This document shows, piece after piece, positions 35,627 through 44,368 of a stretch of 64,000 nt of DNA. Source of the DNA: Lachnospiraceae bacterium (GTDB lineage: Bacteria > Bacillota > Clostridia > Lachnospirales > Lachnospiraceae); assembly GCA_017521985.1 (NCBI GenBank), contig JAFXAZ010000035.1, positions 625 to 64,624 on the forward strand, written 5' to 3'. Both the position numbers and the translations under genes were made by a program. A model generated the notes under the pieces. The model was not told the DNA's origin. It saw only the letters and a list, made by a program, of their open reading frames with translations, and did no database searches. Each line of letters starts with the position of its first letter. Position 1 is the stretch's first letter.

Positions 35627-36427
35627 ATGAGTTTTTTAACAGGCAAAACAGTTTTAATTACCGGTGGCGGCAGAGCCGTATTATCCAACGGTAAAGCAGG
35701 TGCTATCGGTTATGGTATTGCTACCGCTTATGCAAAAGAAGGGGCAAATATTGTTATTACAGGTAGAAATGTCAAGAAATTAGAGGATGCAAAAGAAGAA
35801 TTAGAACGTCTTTATGGCGTTAAGGTTCTTTGTGTCGCAGCTGATGTTGCTGCAGGCGCTGACAACCAGGCTGTTGTAGAAGCCGTAGTTGCCAAAGCAG
35901 TTGAGACTTTTGGCGGCATCGACGTTTTGATTAACAACGCTCAGGCGTCCGCTTCCGGTGTTTCCATTGCAGATCATACAACAGAGCAGTTTGATTTAGC
36001 TCTTTATTCCGGCTTATATGCAGCATTCTACTATATGAAGGCGTGCTATCCATATTTAGCTAAGAGCCATGGCAGCGTAATCAACTTTGCATCCGGCGCA
36101 GGTCTTTTCGGTAATTACGGTCAGTGTGCGTATGCAGCAGCAAAGGAAGGCATTCGTGGCCTTACCCGTGTAGCAGCTACCGAATGGAGCAAGGATGGCA
36201 TCAATGTAAATGTTATTTGTCCGCTTGCATGGACATCTCAGCTTGAGAACTTCAAAAATGCTTATCCGGAAGCATTTGAGAAAAATGTTCACACACCACC
36301 AATGGGCTTCTTTGGTGACCCGGAAGAACATATCGGTCGTGTTTGCGTTCAACTGGCACATCCGGACTTTAAATATATGACCGGCGAAACCTTAACTTTA
36401 GAAGGCGGTCTGGGACTTCGTCCATAA
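35627..36427 (+). CDS. SDR-family oxidoreductase
   Basis: RBS GAAGGAGGA. Rossmann motif VLITGGG...GIG. Catalytic residues in the Y..AK motif (YAAAKEG). Confidence 0.85.
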   Translation: MSFLTGKTVLITGGGRAVLSNGKAGAIGYGIATAYAKEGANIVITGRNVKKLEDAKEELERLYGVKVLCVAADVAAGADNQAVVEAVVAKAVETFGGIDVLINNAQASASGVSIADHTTEQFDLALYSGLYAAFYYMKACYPYLAKSHGSVINFASGAGLFGNYGQCAYAAAKEGIRGLTRVAATEWSKDGINVNVICPLAWTSQLENFKNAYPEAFEKNVHTPPMGFFGDPEEHIGRVCVQLAHPDFKYMTGETLTLEGGLGLRP

Positions 36428-36444
36428 AAACTATAACATACAAA

Positions 36445-36478
36445 CAGCCAGTAGGTCACTTCCTGCTGGCTGTTTTTT
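36445..36478 (+). terminator. Rho-independent terminator of the SDR gene
   Basis: CAGCCAG...CTGGCTG stem followed by TTTTTT. Confidence 0.8.
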
Positions 36479-36665
36479 ATCTTGGCTGACCACATGCTCC
36501 GCTAGGCAAACCACTATATCCGAATTTTATCATTTCACATTTTCCATATTATCTAAGTCATATTCACATGCCTGAATTACAAATTCGGAAACTGTCACAT
36601 TATTTGAAGCGGACAATTTCCTTCTAAGAATGTTGAAAAGTGCTGGATTAATACGACTGCTATTT

Positions 36666-36863
36666 GGTGGAAAGGGGCTTTGTGTTGGCCGGCAGGCACT
36701 TCTATATTTGCTTATGAGACCGTTGAAAGACGTCGGTCCTTGGTGAAGCAAGGTGATAACCGCAGCTGAACCTAGTACCGCTACGTCTTTCGTCGAGTGA
36801 AAACGTGTCTCAAAAGAAAATATAGAAATGCCTGACATCCCAACGCAGAAGCCCCTTTCCACC
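36666..36863. repeat. 198-nt extended imperfect palindrome (candidate MITE or structured RNA)
   Basis: Nested arms: GGTGGAAAGGGGCTT (36666-36680) / AAGCCCCTTTCCACC (36849-36863), perfect 15 bp. TGTGTTGG/CCAACGCA. 17-bp CAGGCACTTCTATATTT/AAATATAGAAATGCCTG with 1 mismatch. GAGAC/GTCTC. GAAAGACGT/ACGTCTTTC. Confidence 0.85.
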
Positions 36864-36878
36864 TTAAACCAGTCGTTT

Positions 36879-37910
36879 CTAGCAATGCTCCAGCACCACT
36901 CCATGTGCAATAGCCGGTATAGTCATGCCTTCTTCACTACGAAGCTTACTAAGAAGTGCTCCGGTGGGTACAAAAAGCACACGTTTCCATTCACCGGCTT
37001 TTAATTTTTCCAATACATATGCAGAAAGCATGGTCGCACTGCAACCGCAACCGCTGCCACCGGCATGTACATCTTCTTTTTCCCTATCAAAAATGAGTAA
37101 TCCGCAGTCACTATGATTCTTCGTAATATCATATCCCTGCAAGGACAATAAATCATACAACGCCTCGGAGCCAATCTCCCCTAAATCTCCGGTAATAATC
37201 TGGTCATAATCGTCCACACTGTAAGGAAGTTCCTTTAGTGCACTGCCAATGGTAAGTGCTGCCGCCGGCGCCATGCAGCCACCCATATTCTGAGGGTCTT
37301 TTAGCCCGGCATCTACAATTTCTCCCATCACAATATGAGAAATGCACACCTTGCTGCCGGCAGTATTTTCGCGACTTAGTAAAAAAGCCCCACACCCGGT
37401 CACGGTCCAGGTGGAAGACAACGGTCTTTGGGCACCATACCCAAGAGGAAAACGAAACTCTTTTTCTGCACTGCCAAAATGGGAGCTGGTCATAGCTACC
37501 ACTTTTTCCGCATACCCTGCAGACAACAATACAGCACCAAGAGCCAGTGTGGCACCACAGTTGGAGCACGCCCCGTAGATGCCATAATTGGGTATACCAA
37601 AGGATAAAAGACCATAACTGGATGCGGTAGACTGACTGAGCAAATCCCCCGAGAAGATGCAGTCAATTTGTTCTTCCGTAATACACGCCTTACGAAGAAG
37701 TATGTCAAGAGCCTCCTTTTGAAGCTCACTTTCGGCTTCCTCCCAACTATCTTTTCCCAAAAACGGATCCTTACAAACCTTATCAAATCCTTCAGCAAAA
37801 TGACTGGTCCCCTCCTTCGGTCCCACAACGCCGGCACTATTCTCCACATAAACAGGGTTGCTAAGTTTGATACATCTTTTCCTTTTATTTTTACTTTTAC
37901 TTAATTCCAT
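36879..37910 (-). CDS. spoVAD: Stage V sporulation protein AD (thiolase-fold)
   Basis: ...SAGVVGPKEG...GKDSWEEAES.LQKEA... and a thiolase-like C-terminus. Length and motifs are typical of SpoVAD. Confidence 0.85.
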   Translation of the reverse strand: MELSKSKNKRKRCIKLSNPVYVENSAGVVGPKEGTSHFAEGFDKVCKDPFLGKDSWEEAESELQKEALDILLRKACITEEQIDCIFSGDLLSQSTASSYGLLSFGIPNYGIYGACSNCGATLALGAVLLSAGYAEKVVAMTSSHFGSAEKEFRFPLGYGAQRPLSSTWTVTGCGAFLLSRENTAGSKVCISHIVMGEIVDAGLKDPQNMGGCMAPAAALTIGSALKELPYSVDDYDQIITGDLGEIGSEALYDLLSLQGYDITKNHSDCGLLIFDREKEDVHAGGSGCGCSATMLSAYVLEKLKAGEWKRVLFVPTGALLSKLRSEEGMTIPAIAHGVVLEHC

Positions 37911-38013
37911 AACAATTCCACCTTTTTTCTTTAATATGCCCATTGACAGTTTTTTTCATTCTGTTAAAATAGAAAATGAGTGATTATATTTTGTAACGAG
38001 GTATGATAATACT

Positions 38014-39108
38014 ATGGATAAAATTCAACCAAATCGTATGGATAGAGGTTTTCAGAAATATCAGGCAGAATTTGAAGCAAAGGCTTTAGAGGTTCTGCGT
38101 TCCGGCTGGTATATTTTGGGTAAGGAAGTTTCCGCCTTTGAAGAGGAATTTGCAGCATATGTAGGTTCTAAGCACTGCGTGGGTGTAGCAAATGGTCTGG
38201 ATGCTCTTTGGATGGCATTCCGCGTACTTGGCATTGGTCCGGGGGACGAAGTTTTAGTTCAGGGCAATACATATATTGCCAGCGTTATGGGTATTACCAT
38301 GAATGGCGCCACTCCGGTTTTTATTGAGCCGGATGAGTATTATCAGATTGATGTTACCAAGCTAGAGGAACATATTACAGACAAGACAAAAGCTATTTTG
38401 GTGGTTCATTTGTATGGCCATAATGCGAAGATGGACGAGGTAGTTGCTCTCTGTAAGAAGTACAATTTACGCCTGGTGGAGGACTGTGCACAGTCTCACG
38501 GCTCCATGTACCAAGGTCAAATGTCCGGTACCTTTGGCGATATCGGATGCTTCTCCTTCTATCCTTCCAAGAATTTGGGAGCTTTTGGTGATGCAGGTGC
38601 GATTACCACCAACGACCCACAGATTGCACAGGACTTCCGTGTACTTCGTAATTATGGCAGCGAGAAACGTTATTACAATAAAATTGTTGGTACCAACTCT
38701 CGTCTGGATGAATTGCAGGCAGGTCTTTTGCGTGTACGCTTACAGTATATGGACGAGCTTACCCGCGAACGTCAGGAATTGGCCGCACGCTACACTGCTG
38801 AGATACGTAATGACAAGCTTATTTTACCTATGGAACGACCGGATACAGTGAATGTATGGCATCAATACGTTATCCGCTGTAAGGAACGAGATGCTTTGAT
38901 TGCACATTTGGAATCACTTGGAATCGGCACCATTATTCACTACCCTATTCCACCACATCTGGCAGAAGCTTATCAGTATCTGGGACATGAAAAAGGAGCA
39001 TATCCTATTACAGAGAAGTACGCAAATGAAGTACTTTCTATCCCGATGTACAACGGCATGACCACAGAAGAACAGGACAGAGTTATTCAGGCATTAAACA
39101 ATTTTTAG
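38014..39108 (+). CDS. DegT/DnrJ/EryC1/StrS-family sugar aminotransferase (FdtB/WecE-like)
   Basis: ...VANGLDAL... and SFYPSKNLGAFGDAG (PLP Lys). Confidence 0.9.
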   Translation: MDKIQPNRMDRGFQKYQAEFEAKALEVLRSGWYILGKEVSAFEEEFAAYVGSKHCVGVANGLDALWMAFRVLGIGPGDEVLVQGNTYIASVMGITMNGATPVFIEPDEYYQIDVTKLEEHITDKTKAILVVHLYGHNAKMDEVVALCKKYNLRLVEDCAQSHGSMYQGQMSGTFGDIGCFSFYPSKNLGAFGDAGAITTNDPQIAQDFRVLRNYGSEKRYYNKIVGTNSRLDELQAGLLRVRLQYMDELTRERQELAARYTAEIRNDKLILPMERPDTVNVWHQYVIRCKERDALIAHLESLGIGTIIHYPIPPHLAEAYQYLGHEKGAYPITEKYANEVLSIPMYNGMTTEEQDRVIQALNNF

Positions 39109-39144
39109 ATGCATTTAAACTTAAGAAAATTCAGGAGATATACT

Positions 39145-39573
39145 TTGAAATTAGCAGATCAGATTAAAATAATAGACTTTGTAGAGCGCGGTGACGAGCG
39201 CGGTAACCTGGTAGTTATCGAAGGAGAAAATCAGGATATTCCTTTTGATATTAAGCGCGTATTTTATATCTACGGTTCTGATTCTACCGTAGTCCGCGGT
39301 CAGCATGCCAATCGACGCACCAAATTTGTCCTGATTAATGTAGCAGGTCAGAGTAAAGTTAAAGTAGACAATGGCTTTGAAACCAAAATCATTTCCTTGG
39401 ACAAGCCTCGTATGGGTCTTTTCTTAGACACCATGGTTTGGAAGGACATGTACGATTTTTCTCCGGACTCTACTTTGTTAGTATTATGCAGTGAGCATTA
39501 TGATGGCAGTGAATATATCCGCGATTATGATGCTTACATAAAAGAAATCAGAGAGGTACATGGTAATGAGTAA
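39145..39573 (+). CDS. WxcM/FdtA-like sugar 3,4-ketoisomerase (cupin)
   Basis: TTG start after AGGAGA. Sequence F.ERGDERGNLVVIE...IPFDIKRVFYIYG......RGQHANR. Confidence 0.75.
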   Translation: MKLADQIKIIDFVERGDERGNLVVIEGENQDIPFDIKRVFYIYGSDSTVVRGQHANRRTKFVLINVAGQSKVKVDNGFETKIISLDKPRMGLFLDTMVWKDMYDFSPDSTLLVLCSEHYDGSEYIRDYDAYIKEIREVHGNE

Positions 39574-40501
39574 AATTTCTATCGTAGTTCCGGTTTACTG
39601 GAATTCTGATACCCTTATGCTTTTATACGAAGATATGAAAGCCAAAATTTTAGACAAACTGGGAGACTACGAATTAGTATTTGTAGATGATGGCTCCGGG
39701 GACAATTCCTGGGAAATCATGAATCAGATTCGTGACATGGATTCTCATGTACAATGTGTAAAGCTCTCCCGTAACTTCGGCGAGCATGCAGCCCTTCTTG
39801 CCGGCTTGTCTGTCTGCACCGGTGACTGTGCCGTAACGAAGCAGGCCGACTTACAGGAAGACAGCGAGATTATTTTAGAAATGTATGAAAGCTGGAAACG
39901 AGGCAATAAAGTCGTTTTGGCCGTTCGTAAGGATCGTGACGAAAACCCGGTCAAAGTATTTTTTGCCAATATGTACTACGCCATTGTGCGCAAGACCATT
40001 ACCAAGAATATGCCGGAAGGCGGCTGTGATTGTTATCTCTTAGACCGTCAGGTTATTCAGGTACTTCAGGACTTAAATGAGAAAAATTCTTCTCTTACCC
40101 TTCAGGTACTTTGGGCAGGCTTCCAGACCGACCATGTATACTTTCACAGACGCGACCGCGAGGTAGGCGAATCCCGCTGGACATTTTCCAAGAAATTTAA
40201 GCTTGTGCTGGATTCCATGATGAGTTTCTCTTACTTCCCAATCCGTATGATGAGTATCGTAGGCGTTACTTTTAATATATTAGCCGTCCTTATGTTTATC
40301 TACGTACTGGCAGAAAAATTTACCGTAGGCACCCCGATTGCCGGCTGGTCCTCCCTCATGTGCGTGGTACTCCTCTCTTCCGGCCTGATTCTTTTAACCC
40401 TCGGAATCTTAGGCGAATACGTTTGGAGAGCATTAGACGCTGCAAGAACCCGCCCACCGTTTATTATTGACGTAGTGAAGAAAGCAACGGAAGAAGATTA
40501 A
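39566..40501 (+). CDS. GT2 polyprenyl-phosphate glycosyltransferase (GtrB/ArnC-like) with two C-terminal TM helices
   Basis: ISIVVPVYWNS...FVDDGSGD...LSRNFGEH... Confidence 0.85.
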   Translation: MSKISIVVPVYWNSDTLMLLYEDMKAKILDKLGDYELVFVDDGSGDNSWEIMNQIRDMDSHVQCVKLSRNFGEHAALLAGLSVCTGDCAVTKQADLQEDSEIILEMYESWKRGNKVVLAVRKDRDENPVKVFFANMYYAIVRKTITKNMPEGGCDCYLLDRQVIQVLQDLNEKNSSLTLQVLWAGFQTDHVYFHRRDREVGESRWTFSKKFKLVLDSMMSFSYFPIRMMSIVGVTFNILAVLMFIYVLAEKFTVGTPIAGWSSLMCVVLLSSGLILLTLGILGEYVWRALDAARTRPPFIIDVVKKATEED

Positions 40502-40520
40502 TTGTATATGCAATACAATA

Positions 40521-40573
40521 GAGCAGTTGTTGAAATTTCCAGTCTATCGGGCTTAGAAAAGCAACAACTGCTC
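40521..40573. terminator. Bidirectional hairpin between convergent genes
   Basis: Perfect 12-bp stem GAGCAGTTGTTG / CAACAACTGCTC with a 29-nt loop. Confidence 0.5.
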
Positions 40574-40612
40574 CTGTTTATTACAATACTTTGATGAGAT
40601 TTCCTATAATGA

Positions 40613-41590
40613 CTATGGTTCTAAGCGAAACTCAAAATCAGCTTGTGGCTCGTCCTTTTGCGGAACCCCTGTTTCCGGCACATATACTCCACCGCCTACG
40701 GTAATCCGTGCATCATCAGTTGTTCCATCTGTATAATGCACCGTGCAAATGATTTCTACATCTTTCATCATTTCTTCAATCGCATTCACTCTGTCTTCCA
40801 GCATCATATTTTTACCATATAAGAAATCCCAGCTATACTCCGTTTCATTGCAGATATTAATCCATGTGTAATCATTCATCTGATTGTCATAAGAAAGAGT
40901 AATGGATTTATAAAGACCAAACACAGAAGCAGGATTGTCCAATGTGTCAGAATCTTCTCCCCCACACAAACCGGTATTTAGTTCTTTTCCATAGGTTTCA
41001 CTTGCTATTAAAATAGACGCATTCGGTCTTTCTACAACCTGAAAAGCGGCCCCATTAATGCTATAGGTAATACTTTCAATATTTTCTCCTTCACACAAAA
41101 AATTAGTCCCTATGCAATATGATACGAAGTCATCTTCGCCTTCACACAAAACACATCCTAAACCATTTTTTTGTACCAATATATTATTACCGGCATTTAA
41201 GGTTACATATCCATTTTCATCAGCCTCCGGATGATCAGCAGCATATGCCTTTAAAGTAAACATCTTTTCAATAGCTTGCATCAAATTATCATCTTTCACA
41301 ATTTCTACATGTGTTTCTCCTTCAAATGTTTCATAATTTTCATTTGATATATCAATGTCAAGAAAGTTGCCTGCTACAATAAACAATGCTATGCATGCGC
41401 ATGCCGCTGTCAAAGTTTTTATCGTCGCTTTCTTTCTTTGTGATTCTTCTTTTCGTAAAATAACATTCTTCTTAATCATATCTTCTGTTCCTCTTTCTTT
41501 GATTTGAATATAAGCCTCGTCCGCTTTTTTCTGAACAATTTCAGGCACTACAACATCTTTTTTTAAAATATCATTATATTTTCTCTCCAT
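40613..41590 (-). CDS. Putative membrane anti-sigma factor
   Basis: Immediately downstream of the ECF sigma gene. Short cytoplasmic N-terminus, a single TM helix (TLTAACACIALFIVAGNF) and an extracellular domain. Confidence 0.5.
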   Translation of the reverse strand: MERKYNDILKKDVVVPEIVQKKADEAYIQIKERGTEDMIKKNVILRKEESQRKKATIKTLTAACACIALFIVAGNFLDIDISNENYETFEGETHVEIVKDDNLMQAIEKMFTLKAYAADHPEADENGYVTLNAGNNILVQKNGLGCVLCEGEDDFVSYCIGTNFLCEGENIESITYSINGAAFQVVERPNASILIASETYGKELNTGLCGGEDSDTLDNPASVFGLYKSITLSYDNQMNDYTWINICNETEYSWDFLYGKNMMLEDRVNAIEEMMKDVEIICTVHYTDGTTDDARITVGGGVYVPETGVPQKDEPQADFEFRLEP

Positions 41591-41604
41591 TAAATGACTC
41601 CTCC

Positions 41605-42096
41605 TCAGCTTTCCATATAATAGCTCTTCAATTTTTTACGCCCTCTGTCAAGCCTGGTCTGCACAGTACTTTTGGGAATATTTAGCAACCCCGCTATTTC
41701 TTGGATGTGATAGCCTTCTCCATAAAAAAGCATCATCACTATACGATATTTTTCATCCAACCGAGAAAGTGCTTCCTTTAGCTCAAAATTGTAAACATCT
41801 TCTATAGATGGCTCTTCTAATTCTTCCACAGAAATTGTCATTTCTCTTTCTTTCCTTATGTCATAGCAATTGTTAATTAAAATACGTATAAGCCATGTTT
41901 TAAAATAACGATTGTGTTTTAACGTCGATAATTTTTCCCAACAAACAAGTATCGTCTCCTGAATTGCATCGGCAGCATCTTCATCATTCATAAGAATAGA
42001 TACCGCTACCTTATACATATCCTTTGTATAGGCTTGCATTAATTTTGTAAAAGCATCCGGATCTTTGTTTTTTGCTTTATGTACTAATTCTTCCAT
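41605..42096 (-). CDS. ECF-type RNA polymerase sigma-70 factor
   Basis: Region 2 ...EDAADAIQET... and region 4 ...GYHIQEIAGLLNIPKSTVQTRLDRGRKKL. Confidence 0.85.
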   Translation of the reverse strand: MEELVHKAKNKDPDAFTKLMQAYTKDMYKVAVSILMNDEDAADAIQETILVCWEKLSTLKHNRYFKTWLIRILINNCYDIRKEREMTISVEELEEPSIEDVYNFELKEALSRLDEKYRIVMMLFYGEGYHIQEIAGLLNIPKSTVQTRLDRGRKKLKSYYMES

Positions 42097-42337
42097 TTAA
42101 CTCTTTTCATACAACCTCCACTCCTTCTTATTTTTCTTTTTCATTAAAATCTGTATTATCTTTTATAGTGAAAATTTATAAAAGGTACCTTGATTATCAC
42201 TACATATATTAGACGTACATTAGCAGAAAAAAATCTCATACTCAAAAAACATCCCATGCAAAATTCATTCAAAACTTTGCATAAGGATATCTTAATCACA
42301 TATTTCTACATTGCTAAAATAAATAAATAGTATCTTC

Positions 42338-42838
42338 CTATTTGTTCTTCATCAGATACTCTTTATATGCTCTTTCTAAAAGCTTAAAGTCACAACTATT
42401 TTCTGTTAATTTGGGCTTTTTATTATGTACTACCATATCATAAATCACACTTGCTTTTTCAAGTATCTCTGATTCATTATTTTTACAAAAACGATACTCT
42501 TTATTTAGTAACATTCTATATTGCTCATCTTCAATATCCTTTATTACAAGACGTTTAATACATTCCTCTGGGACAGGAATCATATAATTAAAACGCAGCG
42601 AACCTTTTATTTCTTTTTTATCTCCTGGTGTGCAAATTAATATATTTGCCTCTTGCTGTATATCGAAAGAGGATACAGACACATAGTAATTCATCCCATT
42701 TACTTTCAATACTGCCCCAAATGAAAATTTATCTCTATCTGAATAATGTATATTTGGCACTTTTGAAAATCCCCTATGTGTTTTTTCGTATGTTTGAAGA
42801 AATCCAATGTATTTTTCATCAATTCTGTAAAAGTCCAT
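42338..42838 (-). CDS. Type III toxin-antitoxin system toxin, ToxN/AbiQ family endoribonuclease
   Basis: MDFYRIDEKYIGFLQ...FGAVLKVNGMNYYVSVSS...LRFNYMIPVP...CDFKLLERAYKEY aligns by eye with ToxN (MKFYTISSKYIEYLKEF...YLAPLTS...LKFMIPI...CNFSLLEEKYRDF). RBS GGAGGA. Confidence 0.8.
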   Translation of the reverse strand: MDFYRIDEKYIGFLQTYEKTHRGFSKVPNIHYSDRDKFSFGAVLKVNGMNYYVSVSSFDIQQEANILICTPGDKKEIKGSLRFNYMIPVPEECIKRLVIKDIEDEQYRMLLNKEYRFCKNNESEILEKASVIYDMVVHNKKPKLTENSCDFKLLERAYKEYLMKNK

Positions 42839-42860
42839 ATTTCCTCCGTAAAACAATAAA

Positions 42861-42885
42861 AGGAGACGAGTAAACTCATCTCCTT
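42861..42885 (-). terminator. Rho-independent terminator between the antitoxin repeats and the toxin gene
   Basis: The minus strand reads AGGAGAUGAG-UUUA-CUCGUCUCCU followed by UUUUAUUGUUUU. This is the position expected in type III TA loci. Confidence 0.75.
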
Positions 42886-42895
42886 AGTAATAACG

Positions 42896-43000
42896 TTCGC
42901 TCTAATGTGGCGAAGCACAAAAATTAAGGTTCACATTTAAAGTAGTGAAGCACTTACATTAAGGTTTGCCTTCAAAGTAGCAATGCACTTAATTGAGCAA
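42896..43000 (-). ncRNA. Candidate type III antitoxin RNA: three imperfect 35-nt tandem repeats
   Basis: Units at 42896-42930, 42931-42965 and 42966-43000. Anchors GAAGCAC/AATGCAC, AAAGTAG and ATTAAGGT recur with an exact 35-nt period. Neighbouring units match at about 24/35 and 21/35 positions by hand alignment. Confidence 0.6.
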
Positions 43001-43013
43001 TTTGCTCACTTAT

Positions 43014-43042
43014 AGTATATGCAATTTCCTTTTCATAGTCAA
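43014..43042 (-). promoter_or_regulatory. Sigma-A promoter of the toxI-toxN-like transcript
   Basis: The minus strand reads TTGACT (43042-43037), 17 nt, TATACT (43019-43014), directly upstream of the repeats. Confidence 0.7.
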
Positions 43043-43057
43043 CCATTTCCATAAAAA

Positions 43058-43567
43058 TTACATAACTTTTTGACCCTTACTAAACGCCCAGTATTTATTA
43101 ATCACATAATTCAGTGGAATGGTAATAATCAAATTAATCGCTGCCGCAAGTATCTCAGATAAAATCTTAGCCTCCAGCACAATGCCAATTTTACTGAGGC
43201 CACTTAAAATTCCCAAATTGCCAAGCAAGGAAAGGACCGGTCTCATAAACTGCTCCAGCTTTATAATCTCCAGCCAGAACACTAAAAGCCCTGCGCTCAG
43301 CACCATGCTGAAACCATAGGTAGCGTAGGTCTTTAACAGTACCTTCCACCAGACTCTCTGTTCGCCTTCCTCTGCCTTAAAGACATATTTGTTGCTCCAG
43401 TAGTAGGCATTCAAAATACTAATCAGGTTGCCGATAATATTGGCTGCCAGATAATGTACGCCAAAGAACAACAGCACTACATAAATGCCTTCACAGATAA
43501 TGGTATTGGACAAGCCCACGATGCAGAACTTGATAAATTGTAAAAATGACTTAATTTTATCCTTCAA
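43058..43567 (-). CDS. GtrA-family membrane protein (polyprenyl-phosphate sugar translocation)
   Basis: FIKFCIVGLSNTII... plus four TM helices and a C-terminal NKYWAF motif. Confidence 0.8.
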   Translation of the reverse strand: MKDKIKSFLQFIKFCIVGLSNTIICEGIYVVLLFFGVHYLAANIIGNLISILNAYYWSNKYVFKAEEGEQRVWWKVLLKTYATYGFSMVLSAGLLVFWLEIIKLEQFMRPVLSLLGNLGILSGLSKIGIVLEAKILSEILAAAINLIITIPLNYVINKYWAFSKGQKVM

Positions 43568-43646
43568 AATTTGCCTCTTTCTGTAATCTATATCTTATAA
43601 ATGGGCTGTCACACCACTGCAACAGCCCAATACAAATCCGTAATTA

Positions 43647-44243
43647 TTAAACATTCTTGGCAATCTTTGCAACTGCCTTGGATACGATGCCACCAACAAT
43701 GGTCGTTGCAATCCATTCTACTACACCATTAATACCCACAAATGCCACTACAAACATCAATGCATTGGCACCTGCTGCATTCAGACTCTGTATGTATTCT
43801 GTGTTCCAGAAAAACAAAATCAGGGTACCCATGAAAAACAGGGTATTTAAAAATGCAGTCATAAAACCGCCCACAAAATAACAGATGGTGTTACTATTAT
43901 CAGCCTTGATAAAGACTTTGAATAACACGCCTGCCAGGTAACCCATAAGAATACGGGTTGGTACGCATACAAAAAAAGTATAAAGTGGATTAATGCTTAA
44001 AAGCATTGCTCCAAACTGGCTCATACCAAAGCACTGGTAAAAGCTGGTAAGTCCGAATACTGCACCTAATACTGCGCCTGCTCCCGGTCCGATAACCATT
44101 GCTCCGATTGCTACCGGAATGGTAATCAAGGAAATTTCAAGTCCAACGGTTTTCAAGTATCCGAGCGGGGTGAATGCCATAATCAAAACAACGGCAATAA
44201 GTATGGCCATCTGTGCCATCTTGATTGTTTTTGTACTACGCAT
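43647..44243 (-). CDS. ECF transporter S component (possibly pantothenate-specific, PanT-like)
   Basis: Six-TM S-component-like profile. The substrate is guessed only from the adjacent coaW. Confidence 0.6.
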   Translation of the reverse strand: MRSTKTIKMAQMAILIAVVLIMAFTPLGYLKTVGLEISLITIPVAIGAMVIGPGAGAVLGAVFGLTSFYQCFGMSQFGAMLLSINPLYTFFVCVPTRILMGYLAGVLFKVFIKADNSNTICYFVGGFMTAFLNTLFFMGTLILFFWNTEYIQSLNAAGANALMFVVAFVGINGVVEWIATTIVGGIVSKAVAKIAKNV

Positions 44244-44368
44244 ACAAAGTTCCTCCTAAAATAGAAATGTTACTGTTTCTACCATATGTAAAATACAGTA
44301 CAAATGTATTTTAGCATGCTAAAAATTTCCTTGCAATTGTTTTTGGCATTGTATTTAATTTAGTACGT

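Noticed and set aside
36666-36863. Assignment of the palindrome to a known RNA family (SRP RNA, 6S RNA, RNase P, tmRNA)
   Set aside because: I could not find the conserved SRP helix-8 sequence (GGUCCGGAAGGAAGCAGC-like) or other family signatures by eye. Only shape and size resemble 6S. It is left unassigned as a finding.
36530-36910. 126-aa minus-strand ORF, whose C-terminal part loosely resembles a ribbon-helix-helix motif (..VTVSEFVIQACEY..)
   Set aside because: It overlaps the spoVAD 3' end and runs straight through the 198-nt palindrome. There is no convincing start or RBS. The resemblance is too weak to call.
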